From a virus (lineage: Duplodnaviria; Caudoviricetes), in IMG/VR virus record IMGVR_UViG_3300044646_000633, positions 1 to 59,347 of that record: 59,347 nt of DNA. One strand, 5' to 3'. Under the pieces are notes generated by a model. It was not told where the DNA came from and ran no database searches. It saw nothing but the letters and a program-made list of their open reading frames with translations. The position numbers and the translations under genes are program-made. Below are positions 1 to 9,246 of the stretch, piece after piece (within the stretch, counting starts at the first letter, position 1; the number at the start of each line of letters is the position of its first letter).

Positions 1-245
1 TCCACAAGATCGACCCGAATGGCGAACTGATGAAGCGCGCCCGTCAGGCGGGCGATGATCTAGTTCGATCCAACGTCCCAGCCGCCCCCTTCGTCACCAA
101 GACCGAAGGTTGGTTGAGCCTCGCCCTCAAGCGCATCATGGTCATGGCCGCAGAGGGCGGCTACGACAAGGTGGCGTTCGTCAACGGCGAGCAGTCTGCG
201 GATCGGTATGACCTGAGCAAGCAGGTCAGCACGCTTCTTCACAGA
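1..245. repeat. Terminal overlap, copy 1 (matches 59103-59347); indicates a circular assembly
   Basis: Identical to the window end except G118 vs A59220 (Ser/Asn codon); reading frame continues across the join. Confidence 0.95.
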
Positions 246-3200
246 AAGAACAATGACGGCACCTACTATGTAGTTGCAGAAACCGCAGGCGGCACCATCG
301 AAAAGCCATCTTTGACGCAGCAAAGCCTCGAAGACACCGTTGGCAAAGAAGTGGCCAAGAAGATCGTGGCCGGAGAGGGACCGGACAACGGAGGGGGATT
401 CCATGCGCTTCAAGGCCTCGACCTCAAGGTCGGCGGCGAAGGCATGAAAGCCTTCTACGACCAGATCGTCCCGGCCGCGCTGAAGAAGCTGCTGCCAAAG
501 GTGGGTGGCGGGCAAATGGGCGTCGTGAAGGTGGATGGCATTGTGCGCGCCAGCACCGGCAACATGGAGGCTGGAGACTTCTACGACCGCCAGGAGAACC
601 CCGATTTCAGGATGCTGGCGCAGCCCGGCTTCGACGTCACCCCCGCCATGCGCGAGAAGGCGTCCACCGGCCTGCCGATGTTCAGCCGCACGCTCCCGGC
701 CAGCGGCGCCCGCCAGACCCCCGCCCAGCGCGCCGAGGCCATCCTGGCCACGCCAGTGACCAAGGCCCGGCCACTGGATCGGGTGTTCCGGGCCGCGTCG
801 CGCGCCACCGGCCTGGAGTTCGTCGCACGCCAAGCCTATGACCGCGCCGGCCATCTGCTTGATCGGCTGACCCCCGAGACCGTCAAGGCCGGCATCGTGT
901 CCGACTACGGCGTGCCCGAGGCCGTGATCGACATGCGCGTCATGCTGCAGGGGCGCCAGCGCCAGCAGCTGCGCCGGGCCGGCGAACTGGTGGACAAGCT
1001 GTCCAACCTCACGCGCGCCGAGTCCCGCATCGCCTACGAGTGGATGAACATGGACGGCTCCGACCCCCGGGCCTACCTCTCCATGATGCAGGGCCTGCCC
1101 GAGGAGTCCGTGAAGGTGCTGCAAGAAGTGCAGCGCATGATCGACGATCTGTCCAAGGAGGCAGTGCGCCTGGGCCAGTTGGACCCGAGGTCCTATGAGC
1201 GCAACAAGTTCGCGTACCTGCGCCGGACCTATGACCGCTACCTCGAAGAGTTGACCCCGCAGCAGCAGCGCGCGCACCAGAAGGCCACCCGCATCCTGGG
1301 CGATCAGTACCGCAGGCGCGGCTTGACCGAGCCGGTGGACATGGCCAAGCTCAAGTCCGGTGATCCTGAGTGGTGGGGCCGCAAGGAGCGCGAGGGCAAA
1401 GGCGACGCCGGGCTGGTGAACCAGGAGTTCATCAAGCTGGAGCGCCTGAAGCCCACGGGCGCCGGCACGATCCCGCTGCCTGGGATGACGGGCAAGGCCG
1501 ACGGCAAGGTGCTTGAGGTCGTCTACTGGCCTGCGGAGCGCGCCGTGCCCGCGAAATACAGCGAGTGGCGGCGCAACGAGGTCTTCAAGGTAGATGATGT
1601 CAAGGGCGGCAAGGTCGTGCTGTGGCGCGACTTTACCAAGGATGAGCGCGAGGCCATGGGCGAGGTCGATGAGGCCCGCTTCGCCATCGCCCGCACCCTG
1701 CAGCGCATGGTCCACGACGTCGAGGTCGGGCGCTACCTGGAGAACCTGTCCCAGAAGTTCGCCAAGGCCGACGGCGACGAGATCGACGGCGTTCTGGTCG
1801 AGGCAAGCGAAAGCTGGCACCGGGCATTCAAGCCCAGCGAGTGGGTCAAGGTGCCGGACTCCAAGATCACGGGCACCAGCGTTCACCGCTACGGCAAGCT
1901 GGCCGGGAAGTACCTGCCGGGCCCGATCTGGAACGACGTGCGGTTCGCAGTCAACGGGCCGACCCGCCCCCTGGGCGAGGTCTACAGCAAGATTCTTGCG
2001 GCCTGGAAGGTGTCGAAGACGGCCCTGACGCCGGCCGTGCACATGAACAACGTCATGGCCAACCTCGTGATGGCCGACTGGCACGACGTCGGGGCGGCGC
2101 ATGTGGCCAAGGCCCTGCGGCTGATCCTGGCGGCGCATCAGCGCGACGGCAAGGGAGCCTTGGGCCGCGTGGGCAACGTGGCCGCGGGCGCCGGCATCGC
2201 CGACCGCGAGGCTGCCCTGGCGATCATGAACCGCTACCGCGACGCGGGCGGCGACATCGGCTCATGGGCGACCCAGGAGATCGCCCGCGAGCAGATGGCC
2301 CCGCTGCTGGACGCCGTGCTCGAAGAACTGGGCCGCGACGGCGACGCCTCGGTGCAGGGCCAGATCGGGGTGATGGCCGCCCTGCAGAACCTGCTGCACC
2401 TGAAGCTGCCCGAGGCCTGGACTGCATTCAAGGCCAGCAAGCCAGCGACCGTTGTAGGCCGCGAGGCTCAGTCCATGATCGACCTGTATCAGGCCGAGGA
2501 TGATGTCTTCCGGCTGGCGGCGTGGTTGGCTGCCAAGGAGCAGGGAATGGACGATCTGCGCGCCGGCCGGGAGGCTCGCCGCTCGTTCCTGGACTACGAC
2601 ATCAACGCGCCCTGGGTGGACGCGATGCGGCGCAGCGCGTGGCCGTTCATCGCCTTCACCTACCGCGCGGTGCCGATGCTTTTCGAGATCTCCGGCAAGC
2701 GCCCGCACAAGATTCTGAAGCTGGCGACGCTGCTGGGCGCCCTGAACATGCTGGGCGTGGCTATGTCGGGTGACGACGAGGACGACGAAGAGCGCCGTCG
2801 GCGCATGCTGCCCGAAGAGAAGGCCGGCCGGGTCTGGGGCGTGGTGCCCAAGCTCATCCGCATGCCCTGGAACGACGCCAACGGCTCCCCGGTGTACCTG
2901 GACATCCGGCGCTTCATCCCGGTGGGTGACGTGGTGGACACCGGTGCGACGCAGGCTGCGCTGCCAGTGCCCCCAGGCCTGATGCCGGGCGGGCCGCTGG
3001 TCATCCTGGGCGAGGTCCTGATGAACAAGAGCGCGTTCACGGGCAAGCCGATCACGCTGGGCACGGACACCCCGGCCGAGTCCTCGGCAAAGGTCTTCGA
3101 GCACCTTTACAAGGGGTTCGCGCCCAACCTGCCGGGCCTGCCGGGCACCTACGCGACCGACGCCCTGGTCAATGCCGGCACCGGCAAGACGGACGCCTTC

Positions 3201-3461
3201 GGCCGGCAGCAGTCGATGGCGCAGGCCATGGCGTCGTCGGTCGGCGTGAAGCTGGGCAGCTACCCAGAAGACGTGCTGCGACGCAACACGCTGGGGCGCG
3301 CAGGGTCGCAGCGCAAGGAGATCGAAACCGTCATGAACGGGCTGCAGCGGCAGCGCAACATGAACGGGATCAGCGAAGCGGAGTACGAACGGAAGATGGA
3401 AGTTCAGCGGGAGAAGCTGCGCAAGCTGAACCAGGAGACGCGCGAGAAGGTGGCGCAGTGA
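1..3461 (+). CDS. Giant polyvalent protein, C-terminal part (not an independent gene)
   Basis: In frame with the 47303 ORF via the terminal overlap; helical C-terminus with a hydrophobic stretch (ATLLGALNMLGVAM) as in polyvalent/ejection proteins. Confidence 0.85.
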   Translation, partial: HKIDPNGELMKRARQAGDDLVRSNVPAAPFVTKTEGWLSLALKRIMVMAAEGGYDKVAFVNGEQSADRYDLSKQVSTLLHRKNNDGTYYVVAETAGGTIEKPSLTQQSLEDTVGKEVAKKIVAGEGPDNGGGFHALQGLDLKVGGEGMKAFYDQIVPAALKKLLPKVGGGQMGVVKVDGIVRASTGNMEAGDFYDRQENPDFRMLAQPGFDVTPAMREKASTGLPMFSRTLPASGARQTPAQRAEAILATPVTKARPLDRVFRAASRATGLEFVARQAYDRAGHLLDRLTPETVKAGIVSDYGVPEAVIDMRVMLQGRQRQQLRRAGELVDKLSNLTRAESRIAYEWMNMDGSDPRAYLSMMQGLPEESVKVLQEVQRMIDDLSKEAVRLGQLDPRSYERNKFAYLRRTYDRYLEELTPQQQRAHQKATRILGDQYRRRGLTEPVDMAKLKSGDPEWWGRKEREGKGDAGLVNQEFIKLERLKPTGAGTIPLPGMTGKADGKVLEVVYWPAERAVPAKYSEWRRNEVFKVDDVKGGKVVLWRDFTKDEREAMGEVDEARFAIARTLQRMVHDVEVGRYLENLSQKFAKADGDEIDGVLVEASESWHRAFKPSEWVKVPDSKITGTSVHRYGKLAGKYLPGPIWNDVRFAVNGPTRPLGEVYSKILAAWKVSKTALTPAVHMNNVMANLVMADWHDVGAAHVAKALRLILAAHQRDGKGALGRVGNVAAGAGIADREAALAIMNRYRDAGGDIGSWATQEIAREQMAPLLDAVLEELGRDGDASVQGQIGVMAALQNLLHLKLPEAWTAFKASKPATVVGREAQSMIDLYQAEDDVFRLAAWLAAKEQGMDDLRAGREARRSFLDYDINAPWVDAMRRSAWPFIAFTYRAVPMLFEISGKRPHKILKLATLLGALNMLGVAMSGDDEDDEERRRRMLPEEKAGRVWGVVPKLIRMPWNDANGSPVYLDIRRFIPVGDVVDTGATQAALPVPPGLMPGGPLVILGEVLMNKSAFTGKPITLGTDTPAESSAKVFEHLYKGFAPNLPGLPGTYATDALVNAGTGKTDAFGRQQSMAQAMASSVGVKLGSYPEDVLRRNTLGRAGSQRKEIETVMNGLQRQRNMNGISEAEYERKMEVQREKLRKLNQETREKVAQ

Positions 3462-3470
3462 CAATGCGCC

Positions 3471-4046
3471 ATGCCCAAGATTGACACAACCAAGTTGCCG
3501 AAGTACGTGGTGGCGCGGCGCAAGGCGTCCGGCCGCGTCTACTACTACCTCACCATGAAGCGCGACGGGCGCCGATATGAGCACCCGCTTGGGTCTGATC
3601 TTCAGCGGGCCCTGGAAGACGCAAGCAAGATCAAAAGCCAGCTTGGGATGACAGGCTTTCGGCACAGCGAGGCTCTCAAAGACGAAGCCGCAAGCGAGCT
3701 ATACCGCAAGGTTCTGAAGGGCGCGAAGGCGCGCGGCCTCCCGGTGTCAATGACGCTTGATGACGTGCGCGGCTTGCTTCAAGAGTCTGGCGGGCGATGC
3801 TCGCTGACCGGCTTTCGGTTCAACGAGAACTGGGACACCGCTCGCAGAATCCGCCCGTGGGCACCAAGCATTGACCGCAAAGACAGCAGCCAGGGCTACA
3901 CCCGAGAGAACTGCAGGGTGGTTGCTGCATGCGTCAACATCGCCTTCAACAACTTCGGCGACGCCCTGATGATGCAGATGGCTAGGGGTCTCGTGAACCG
4001 AGGCCGGCAGGCTTTGCGGACCGGGCCGCAAAACACTGCCGTCTAG
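3471..4046 (+). CDS. Integrase arm-binding-like N-terminal domain fused to an HNH/His-Me-like nuclease domain
   Basis: N-terminus LPKYVVARRKASGRVYYYL...RRYEHPLGSD aligns with the integrase N-terminus; C-terminus CSLTG...PSIDRKDSSQGYTRENCRVV..CVN. Confidence 0.7.
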   Translation: MPKIDTTKLPKYVVARRKASGRVYYYLTMKRDGRRYEHPLGSDLQRALEDASKIKSQLGMTGFRHSEALKDEAASELYRKVLKGAKARGLPVSMTLDDVRGLLQESGGRCSLTGFRFNENWDTARRIRPWAPSIDRKDSSQGYTRENCRVVAACVNIAFNNFGDALMMQMARGLVNRGRQALRTGPQNTAV

Positions 4047-4081
4047 GTTAGCGGGCACTACCGCGCCGCGCTGCGTTTTAG

Positions 4082-4129
4082 TGGCTCCCCGACCTGGACT
4101 CGAACCAGGGACCTGCGGATTAACAGTCC
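4082..4129 (-). mobile_element. attP core: 3' half of tRNA-Asn(GTT)
   Basis: Minus strand reads GGACTGTTAATCCGCAGGTCCCTGGTTCGAGTCCAGGTCGGGGAGCCA (anticodon loop, T arm, CCA); no 5' half; lies just downstream of the integrase. Confidence 0.9.
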
Positions 4130-4147
4130 TCCGGGCACTGCCTTGCG

Positions 4148-4244
4148 AATCAGGTACTTACGCCGAATCCCGGTCCGCAACCATCCGTAGACGGATACCG
4201 CAAGCCCTTGATTCACAAGGCAGCGGGCTACGGTTGCGGACCGG
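4148..4244. promoter_or_regulatory. attP arm: IHF-like sites and inverted arm-type repeats
   Basis: 4201-4213 minus = AATCAAGGGCTTG (fits WATCAANNNNTTR); 4148-4160 AATCAGGTACTTA (1 mismatch); CCGGTCCGCAACC 4170-4182 and its perfect inverse 4232-4244. Confidence 0.6.
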
Positions 4245-5316
4245 CTTTCCGGGCGGTGGGCGTGACCCTGTCGCCCAGGCGGACGTAGTGCTCGGTCATG
4301 CGGATGTTCTTGTGCCCAAGCTGGCGCTGGGCCGCCTGCAGCCCGTCGGCGTCGGCCTTGTCGGTGCCGGCCTTCGCGCGCAGGTCGCGGAACTGAAATG
4401 CCTCGATGGCAGTGGCCATGTCTTTGTCGCCCGCCTTCCTGGCCGCCTTGGCGGCCTTCTCGCGGGCGTCATCGAAGGCGTTGTCCAGGCCGTAGGCGGT
4501 CAGCCTGGAGCCCTGCCGGTTGACCACCAGGGCCAGGTCGATCACGCGGTTCTGGCGCTTGCGCTCGGCAATCTCGGCCAGCTTCAGGCCGAGGGCGTTG
4601 GGGCCGGTGGAGCCTTCGAGCTCGATGCGCAGCTTCTTGGCCGTCTTGCCTTGGCCGACACGCAACACGCCATCCCGGACGTGGGTGGCTGACATCCTGA
4701 GCACGTCGGCCGGACGCTGGCCGGTCAGGTAGGCAAGGTCGATCGCATCCTTCAGCGGCTGGCTGGCCGCGGCATAGACCGCCTGCAGCACCTCGTCCTC
4801 GACGTAGATGTCTCGGCCGGTCTCCTTGAAGCCCTTGATGCCTGCGCAGGGGTTGGGCAGGGCGGTGATGCCCCAGTCCCGGGCCATGTTCCAGATGTGC
4901 GACAGCAGGGCCTTCTCGCGGTTGGCGCGGATCTTGGCCGACTCCCCGCGCCACGTCAGGTACTGGCGGACGTGCTGCGGCTCGATGGCCTCGAAGGTGA
5001 TGGGCGGGTCGTTGAAAAACTTCAGCAGGTTGGCCAACTCCTTGATGTTGTCGGCCTGGGTGCGCGGCGCCTTGGTGGGCACCACCCGCTGCAGGTACAG
5101 GTCGGCCACGTCCTTGAACGTGGTGACGGGCGCCACGTTCTCGGTCTTGGTCAACTCAACCCAGCGGGTGACGGCGATCACGTAGTCCGGGCCCAGCGGA
5201 ATCTCGCGCCTGGGCTTGCCGCCCGTGTCCAGGTAGTAGTACGTCCGGCCGCTGGGCTTGGTGCGGGCCCGTAGGCCGCTGGGCAGGTTCAGGTGCTTGG
5301 TCGGGCGTCGGCCCAT
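4228..5316 (-). CDS. int: Tyrosine recombinase / phage integrase
   Basis: TGQR, FRDLR, LGH and HY catalytic motifs; adjacent attP. Confidence 0.95.
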   Translation of the reverse strand: MGRRPTKHLNLPSGLRARTKPSGRTYYYLDTGGKPRREIPLGPDYVIAVTRWVELTKTENVAPVTTFKDVADLYLQRVVPTKAPRTQADNIKELANLLKFFNDPPITFEAIEPQHVRQYLTWRGESAKIRANREKALLSHIWNMARDWGITALPNPCAGIKGFKETGRDIYVEDEVLQAVYAAASQPLKDAIDLAYLTGQRPADVLRMSATHVRDGVLRVGQGKTAKKLRIELEGSTGPNALGLKLAEIAERKRQNRVIDLALVVNRQGSRLTAYGLDNAFDDAREKAAKAARKAGDKDMATAIEAFQFRDLRAKAGTDKADADGLQAAQRQLGHKNIRMTEHYVRLGDRVTPTARKAGPQP

Positions 5317-5395
5317 TGGGTTCTCCGTGGCGGCTGGTGCAGTGCGCCACAGGTTCCTCGCGCGCGCGAGGCCCGTCGATGGGACGATGATGGGA

Positions 5396-6124
5396 TCAGG
5401 CTTTGCGGATCAGGCGGATGAACACCGCGCCCATGTCCAGGTGCCACCAGCGGGTTCGGAAGTCTGCCCAGCCCGGGTGGTCGTGATGCGTCTTGTGCAG
5501 CCACTCGCCGCAGGCCGGGAAGATGCACTCAAGCCAGGGCAGGTCGCGAGGCTTGCCGCCGCGGTGGCTGGTGATCTGGTGAATCGCGCCGATCAGGTGG
5601 GTGCTGCCCAGCGGCATCAAGTAGGCGAAGAGAAAGAACGTGGGCGAGACGGCCAGCATCAAGGCGCACGCAGCAATCCAAAGCGCCAGGCCGTAGCGGT
5701 GAACGATGGCCAGGGTCGGATCGCCGGCCAGGGCGCGCAGGCGCCACCGCACCATCGGCACGTCGCGATATCGCTTGTCGTAGAGGTAGTGCCAGTCGGC
5801 AAAGTGCGGGTCGCGCCCGGTGTCCGAGTGCGCGTGATGAGTGTTGTGCGCCGCTGCCCAACCCTGCGGGCTGCCGTTGAGCAAGAGGACGCTGTAGTAC
5901 GCCATGAAGCGGTGCCAGAAGGCCGAGGTCTTGAAGGCCCCATGCGAGAAGTACCGATGCAACCCGACCGACAGCATCAGCGAGCCCAGGACGTGGAAGG
6001 CTGCCCAGGCGGCAAGCCACCATGCCGACACTGCATCCGTGGCCACAAGCCACAGACCGAGGCCGATGCCGGCCAGCCCGAGGTAGTAGCCCATTGGGAT
6101 CATCCACAGGGGTTGTCTAAGCAC
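5396..6124 (-). CDS. Membrane fatty acid desaturase (delta-9/acyl-CoA type)
   Basis: Three His boxes HRYFSH, HNTHH, HKTHH plus SDT..DPH; hydrophobic segments. Confidence 0.9.
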   Translation of the reverse strand: MLRQPLWMIPMGYYLGLAGIGLGLWLVATDAVSAWWLAAWAAFHVLGSLMLSVGLHRYFSHGAFKTSAFWHRFMAYYSVLLLNGSPQGWAAAHNTHHAHSDTGRDPHFADWHYLYDKRYRDVPMVRWRLRALAGDPTLAIVHRYGLALWIAACALMLAVSPTFFLFAYLMPLGSTHLIGAIHQITSHRGGKPRDLPWLECIFPACGEWLHKTHHDHPGWADFRTRWWHLDMGAVFIRLIRKA

Positions 6125-6644
6125 GGTCGCCTCCGATCACAAGAGCATAGGTCCCAGCCGCGGCCACGAACTCGTCGCCGCCCACGCGGAAAGTGTCGCC
6201 TGGCTCGTGCCGCCCCAAGCTGCCAGAGCACACCAGGATGCGGCTTCCTTCCCGGCCAAGGAACACCCCGCCGTTCGGGTATCGCAGCGGCGTCAGGTCG
6301 GGCAACGCGCCACGGTTGGCGTGCCAGTTGAAGCACCAGAACTCAAGCTCATCGGCAGCGGTGACTGTTGTGATGCCCCCGGGGTGGTCTGGCCTCTCGC
6401 CAGTGAACAAGCCGGGAACCCTGTCGTCGAACTGTCCGCCGAGGTTGTTGGACACCACGCCTCTACCTCGAACGTACAAGGCCCTGTTGGGCGCCGCGCT
6501 GCGCGCGACGGATCGCGCCGACACAACCACCATGGACGCGCCGGCCGGCAGGATGTGGCGGTGCACCCGCCAGCCAAAGACCTCGCGCGGCGTCACGATT
6601 GCAGCCGACTCCCGGCCGCGCCATTCTCGCCTGGGCACGCTCAT
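6117..6644 (-). CDS. Hypothetical protein, beta-rich, possibly cupin-like
   Basis: Translationally coupled to neighbours; fold is a guess. Confidence 0.6.
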   Translation of the reverse strand: MSVPRREWRGRESAAIVTPREVFGWRVHRHILPAGASMVVVSARSVARSAAPNRALYVRGRGVVSNNLGGQFDDRVPGLFTGERPDHPGGITTVTAADELEFWCFNWHANRGALPDLTPLRYPNGGVFLGREGSRILVCSGSLGRHEPGDTFRVGGDEFVAAAGTYALVIGGDRA

Positions 6645-6647
6645 GGG

Positions 6648-7037
6648 TTACCCCGCTGGGTAGATCACGACGGAGCCAGGCACGACCGAGTTGTCCTTCG
6701 GGTAGGCATCTTTGACGGCCTTGATGTGGCTGTAGAACGGCTCGACCTTTGGCAGCACCCCGTCGTCCATTGCGTGCCAAAGCATGTCGAGCTGCTCGTT
6801 CACGCCTGGGTAGGAGCGCAGCCTTGCCGTGCGGTAGTCCATGTCAACAGGTGGCGGCGGCCTGCCTCCGACCACAACCTGCTTGGTGTCCACGTTTACC
6901 GTGTCCGCATCGGGGTCCGCCTGCGCCTCGATGACGAACTCGTCGGGGCCGTGGACCTGAATCTCAAAGGTCTCGTCCTGGCAGATGCCGGCGCGCAGGA
7001 TCTCGCCTGCGGCGTTGTAGATGACAAAGTGCTTCAT
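6648..7037 (-). CDS. Tail fibre assembly/chaperone-like protein
   Basis: Real start MKHFVIYN overlaps the fibre stop (ATGA); RSYPGVNEQLDMLWH...IKAVKDAYPK motif typical of tail-associated proteins. Confidence 0.65.
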   Translation of the reverse strand: MKHFVIYNAAGEILRAGICQDETFEIQVHGPDEFVIEAQADPDADTVNVDTKQVVVGGRPPPPVDMDYRTARLRSYPGVNEQLDMLWHAMDDGVLPKVEPFYSHIKAVKDAYPKDNSVVPGSVVIYPAG

Positions 7038-9235
7038 CGCTTCAGAACCACGGCGCCGAGTCGCATGGTGCCTGTGTAGTAGCCGCGCGAGACGGTGATG
7101 GTGTGGTTCCCGGCTCCAGGTGACACGATGATTGCTCCGGTGGTTGCCCCGTTGTCGGTCAGGCCGGTGAGGATTGGACCGTAGGTGAAGGTGCCACCGC
7201 CATCCTTGCCGCTTCCTCCGGTGTAGGTGGCCGTAGGCGGGCCAAGGTAGTATTCGATCAGGATCGCGGACGCCCCAGACGGCACGTTGACCGTGACGCT
7301 TGCCGAGGCTGCAGTCGATGTCACGGACGCACCAACCGCTGCAGCGTTGCCCACAATCTGGTTCGTGTTGACTATGTTCGCCGACAGCGTGCCGCTGAAG
7401 GTCGCGGAGCCGTTGGAGATGGACAGTCCTGGCGCCGATATGTCTCCGTTGACGCTGACGTAGAAGTACTTGTTGTCGTTGGCGTTGCCGATCAGAAGTC
7501 CATTGGGCCCAAGGTGAAACCCAGTTTGGCCAGAGGCGGGCCAAGCCCATCCGGTGAACGCGCCACCGTTGATCTGGCCTCGAATCAGGAGTTGGCCAGA
7601 AGACGAGTCGAACGACAGGGAGTTGGTGCCTCCCTCGTTGACGCGGAAGAACACCACGCCGTCGCTGCGCTTGATGAAGATGTTGTTGAAGTCCGATGAC
7701 GACAGCGACAGACCGTAGTGGCCGGCCGACACAACGTCTTGGCCAAGCTGGACCCCCATGCCGGCGGTGATCTTGAGATTGGCCCCGTTGATCTGCGAAG
7801 CGGTGATCGAGTTCGCTGCGATCCGGTTGGCGTCCAGGGTGCCCGTCGTGATCTTCGAGGCGTCGAGGCTTGCAATCTTGGCGTTCGTGATCGAGGCGTC
7901 GGCGATCTTGGCGCCGTCGATGGCGGCGTTGCCGATCATCGCGTTCACAATCGCGCCGTTCTGAATGGCCCCGGTCCCGACCGCGATGGAGTTTGCGGCG
8001 AGCTTGGTTGCCGTGATCGCTCCAGCGGATATCTGGTCGGCCCCGATAGCTCCCGCGGCGATTTGTCCTGCGGTGATGGCGTTGGCGGCGATCTGCGATG
8101 ACGTGATGGTGTTGGCTGCCAGCCGGTCGCCTGTGATCGTGCCCGCTGCGATGTCGCCGGCCTGGATCGAGCCAGCAGCGATCTTCCCGGCCGTCACGGC
8201 TCCCGCAGCGAGCTCCGAGGATGTGATGGCGCTGGCCGCGATCTGGGACGCGGTGATGGTGTCCGCGGCGATGACGGCGGCCGTGACCGACCCGGCAGCG
8301 AGCTTGGCGGTGCTGATGGCGCCGTCCGTGATCTGCGTTCCGACAATCTGGCCCGTGAGCTTTGCGGCGGCGATGGCTGCCAACTGGGAGTCGCTAAGCT
8401 GCCCGGTCACCTGCGATGCCGCCACGGAGGCAATCTGGGCCGCTGTCAACGTGCCGGAAATGTCTGCAGCGGGAACCGTGGCCACGTAGGCGGATCCGTT
8501 CCAGCGGTAGAGCTTGCCGTCGGTGGTGTTGAATATCGAGTTGGTCGATTTCGTGGTCGGCACCGACGAAACCACAGACACCGGCTCGATGGTGTTCGCG
8601 AATTTCGTGCGATCGACCGCACCGTTGGCCAGGTTGGCGGCCTCGACAATGAGCGGGCCTAGATCAATGCCCCGGATCGTCGATGTCCCGGCCGCAAGTC
8701 CGTTGGTGCCGCCTGCTGGGCTGACGCTCAGGACACCGTCGTTGCTTTCCCACTTGATCCACAGCCGCCATGAGGTCGATGGGTTGCTGGGGTGCGCGTG
8801 CACGCGGCCCGTGAACTGCGTGATCTCGGTGGCGTCACCAAAGGTCGGCAGCGGGTCGCCCTGCTGGACGATCTTGCCGTAGACCCTGGTGCGCAAATGA
8901 CCGTGCCCCTGCGTGTAGGTTGGCGCGTCGTGCTCCACGAAGATGTTGCTGATGGCGGCAGAGACCGCAAAGCCCGTCGGGGTTGGGGGTGGCGTCAGGT
9001 TGGGCTCGTACTCAACCACTTGGGGCACGATGGGGAGGGAGACGCCGCTTACCGACCCAGAACTCAGTGAGCGCCCGGGCATCAGCTTTGCGATTCCGCT
9101 GTCCAGCAGATCTCGCAAGGTGACGCCGCGGTCCAGCGGGTCGCCGACGCGGCCCAGGTAGGCCATCAGCGTCTCGCGGACTCGCGCCTGGAAGTTGCTC
9201 GACGAAGGCGACGGAAGGTCTTTGCGCTCAGACAT
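7034..9235 (-). CDS. Tail fibre / host-specificity protein
   Basis: Start MSERKDLP; many ITA.QIAAG-type repeats; tail-module position. Confidence 0.8.
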   Translation of the reverse strand: MSERKDLPSPSSSNFQARVRETLMAYLGRVGDPLDRGVTLRDLLDSGIAKLMPGRSLSSGSVSGVSLPIVPQVVEYEPNLTPPPTPTGFAVSAAISNIFVEHDAPTYTQGHGHLRTRVYGKIVQQGDPLPTFGDATEITQFTGRVHAHPSNPSTSWRLWIKWESNDGVLSVSPAGGTNGLAAGTSTIRGIDLGPLIVEAANLANGAVDRTKFANTIEPVSVVSSVPTTKSTNSIFNTTDGKLYRWNGSAYVATVPAADISGTLTAAQIASVAASQVTGQLSDSQLAAIAAAKLTGQIVGTQITDGAISTAKLAAGSVTAAVIAADTITASQIAASAITSSELAAGAVTAGKIAAGSIQAGDIAAGTITGDRLAANTITSSQIAANAITAGQIAAGAIGADQISAGAITATKLAANSIAVGTGAIQNGAIVNAMIGNAAIDGAKIADASITNAKIASLDASKITTGTLDANRIAANSITASQINGANLKITAGMGVQLGQDVVSAGHYGLSLSSSDFNNIFIKRSDGVVFFRVNEGGTNSLSFDSSSGQLLIRGQINGGAFTGWAWPASGQTGFHLGPNGLLIGNANDNKYFYVSVNGDISAPGLSISNGSATFSGTLSANIVNTNQIVGNAAAVGASVTSTAASASVTVNVPSGASAILIEYYLGPPTATYTGGSGKDGGGTFTYGPILTGLTDNGATTGAIIVSPGAGNHTITVSRGYYTGTMRLGAVVLKR

Positions 9236-9246
9236 GGATGTCGCCG

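Noticed and set aside
1-245. Physical direct terminal repeat of the virion DNA
   Set aside because: Falls mid-gene and looks like an assembly overlap; genome ends cannot be inferred without reads
4082-4160. Complete tRNA-Asn gene
   Set aside because: Only the anticodon-to-CCA half is present; no D arm or 5' acceptor strand, so called attP
4081-4692. 203-aa plus-strand ORF
   Set aside because: Begins in the antisense of the tRNA fragment and runs antisense to the integrase; shadow ORF
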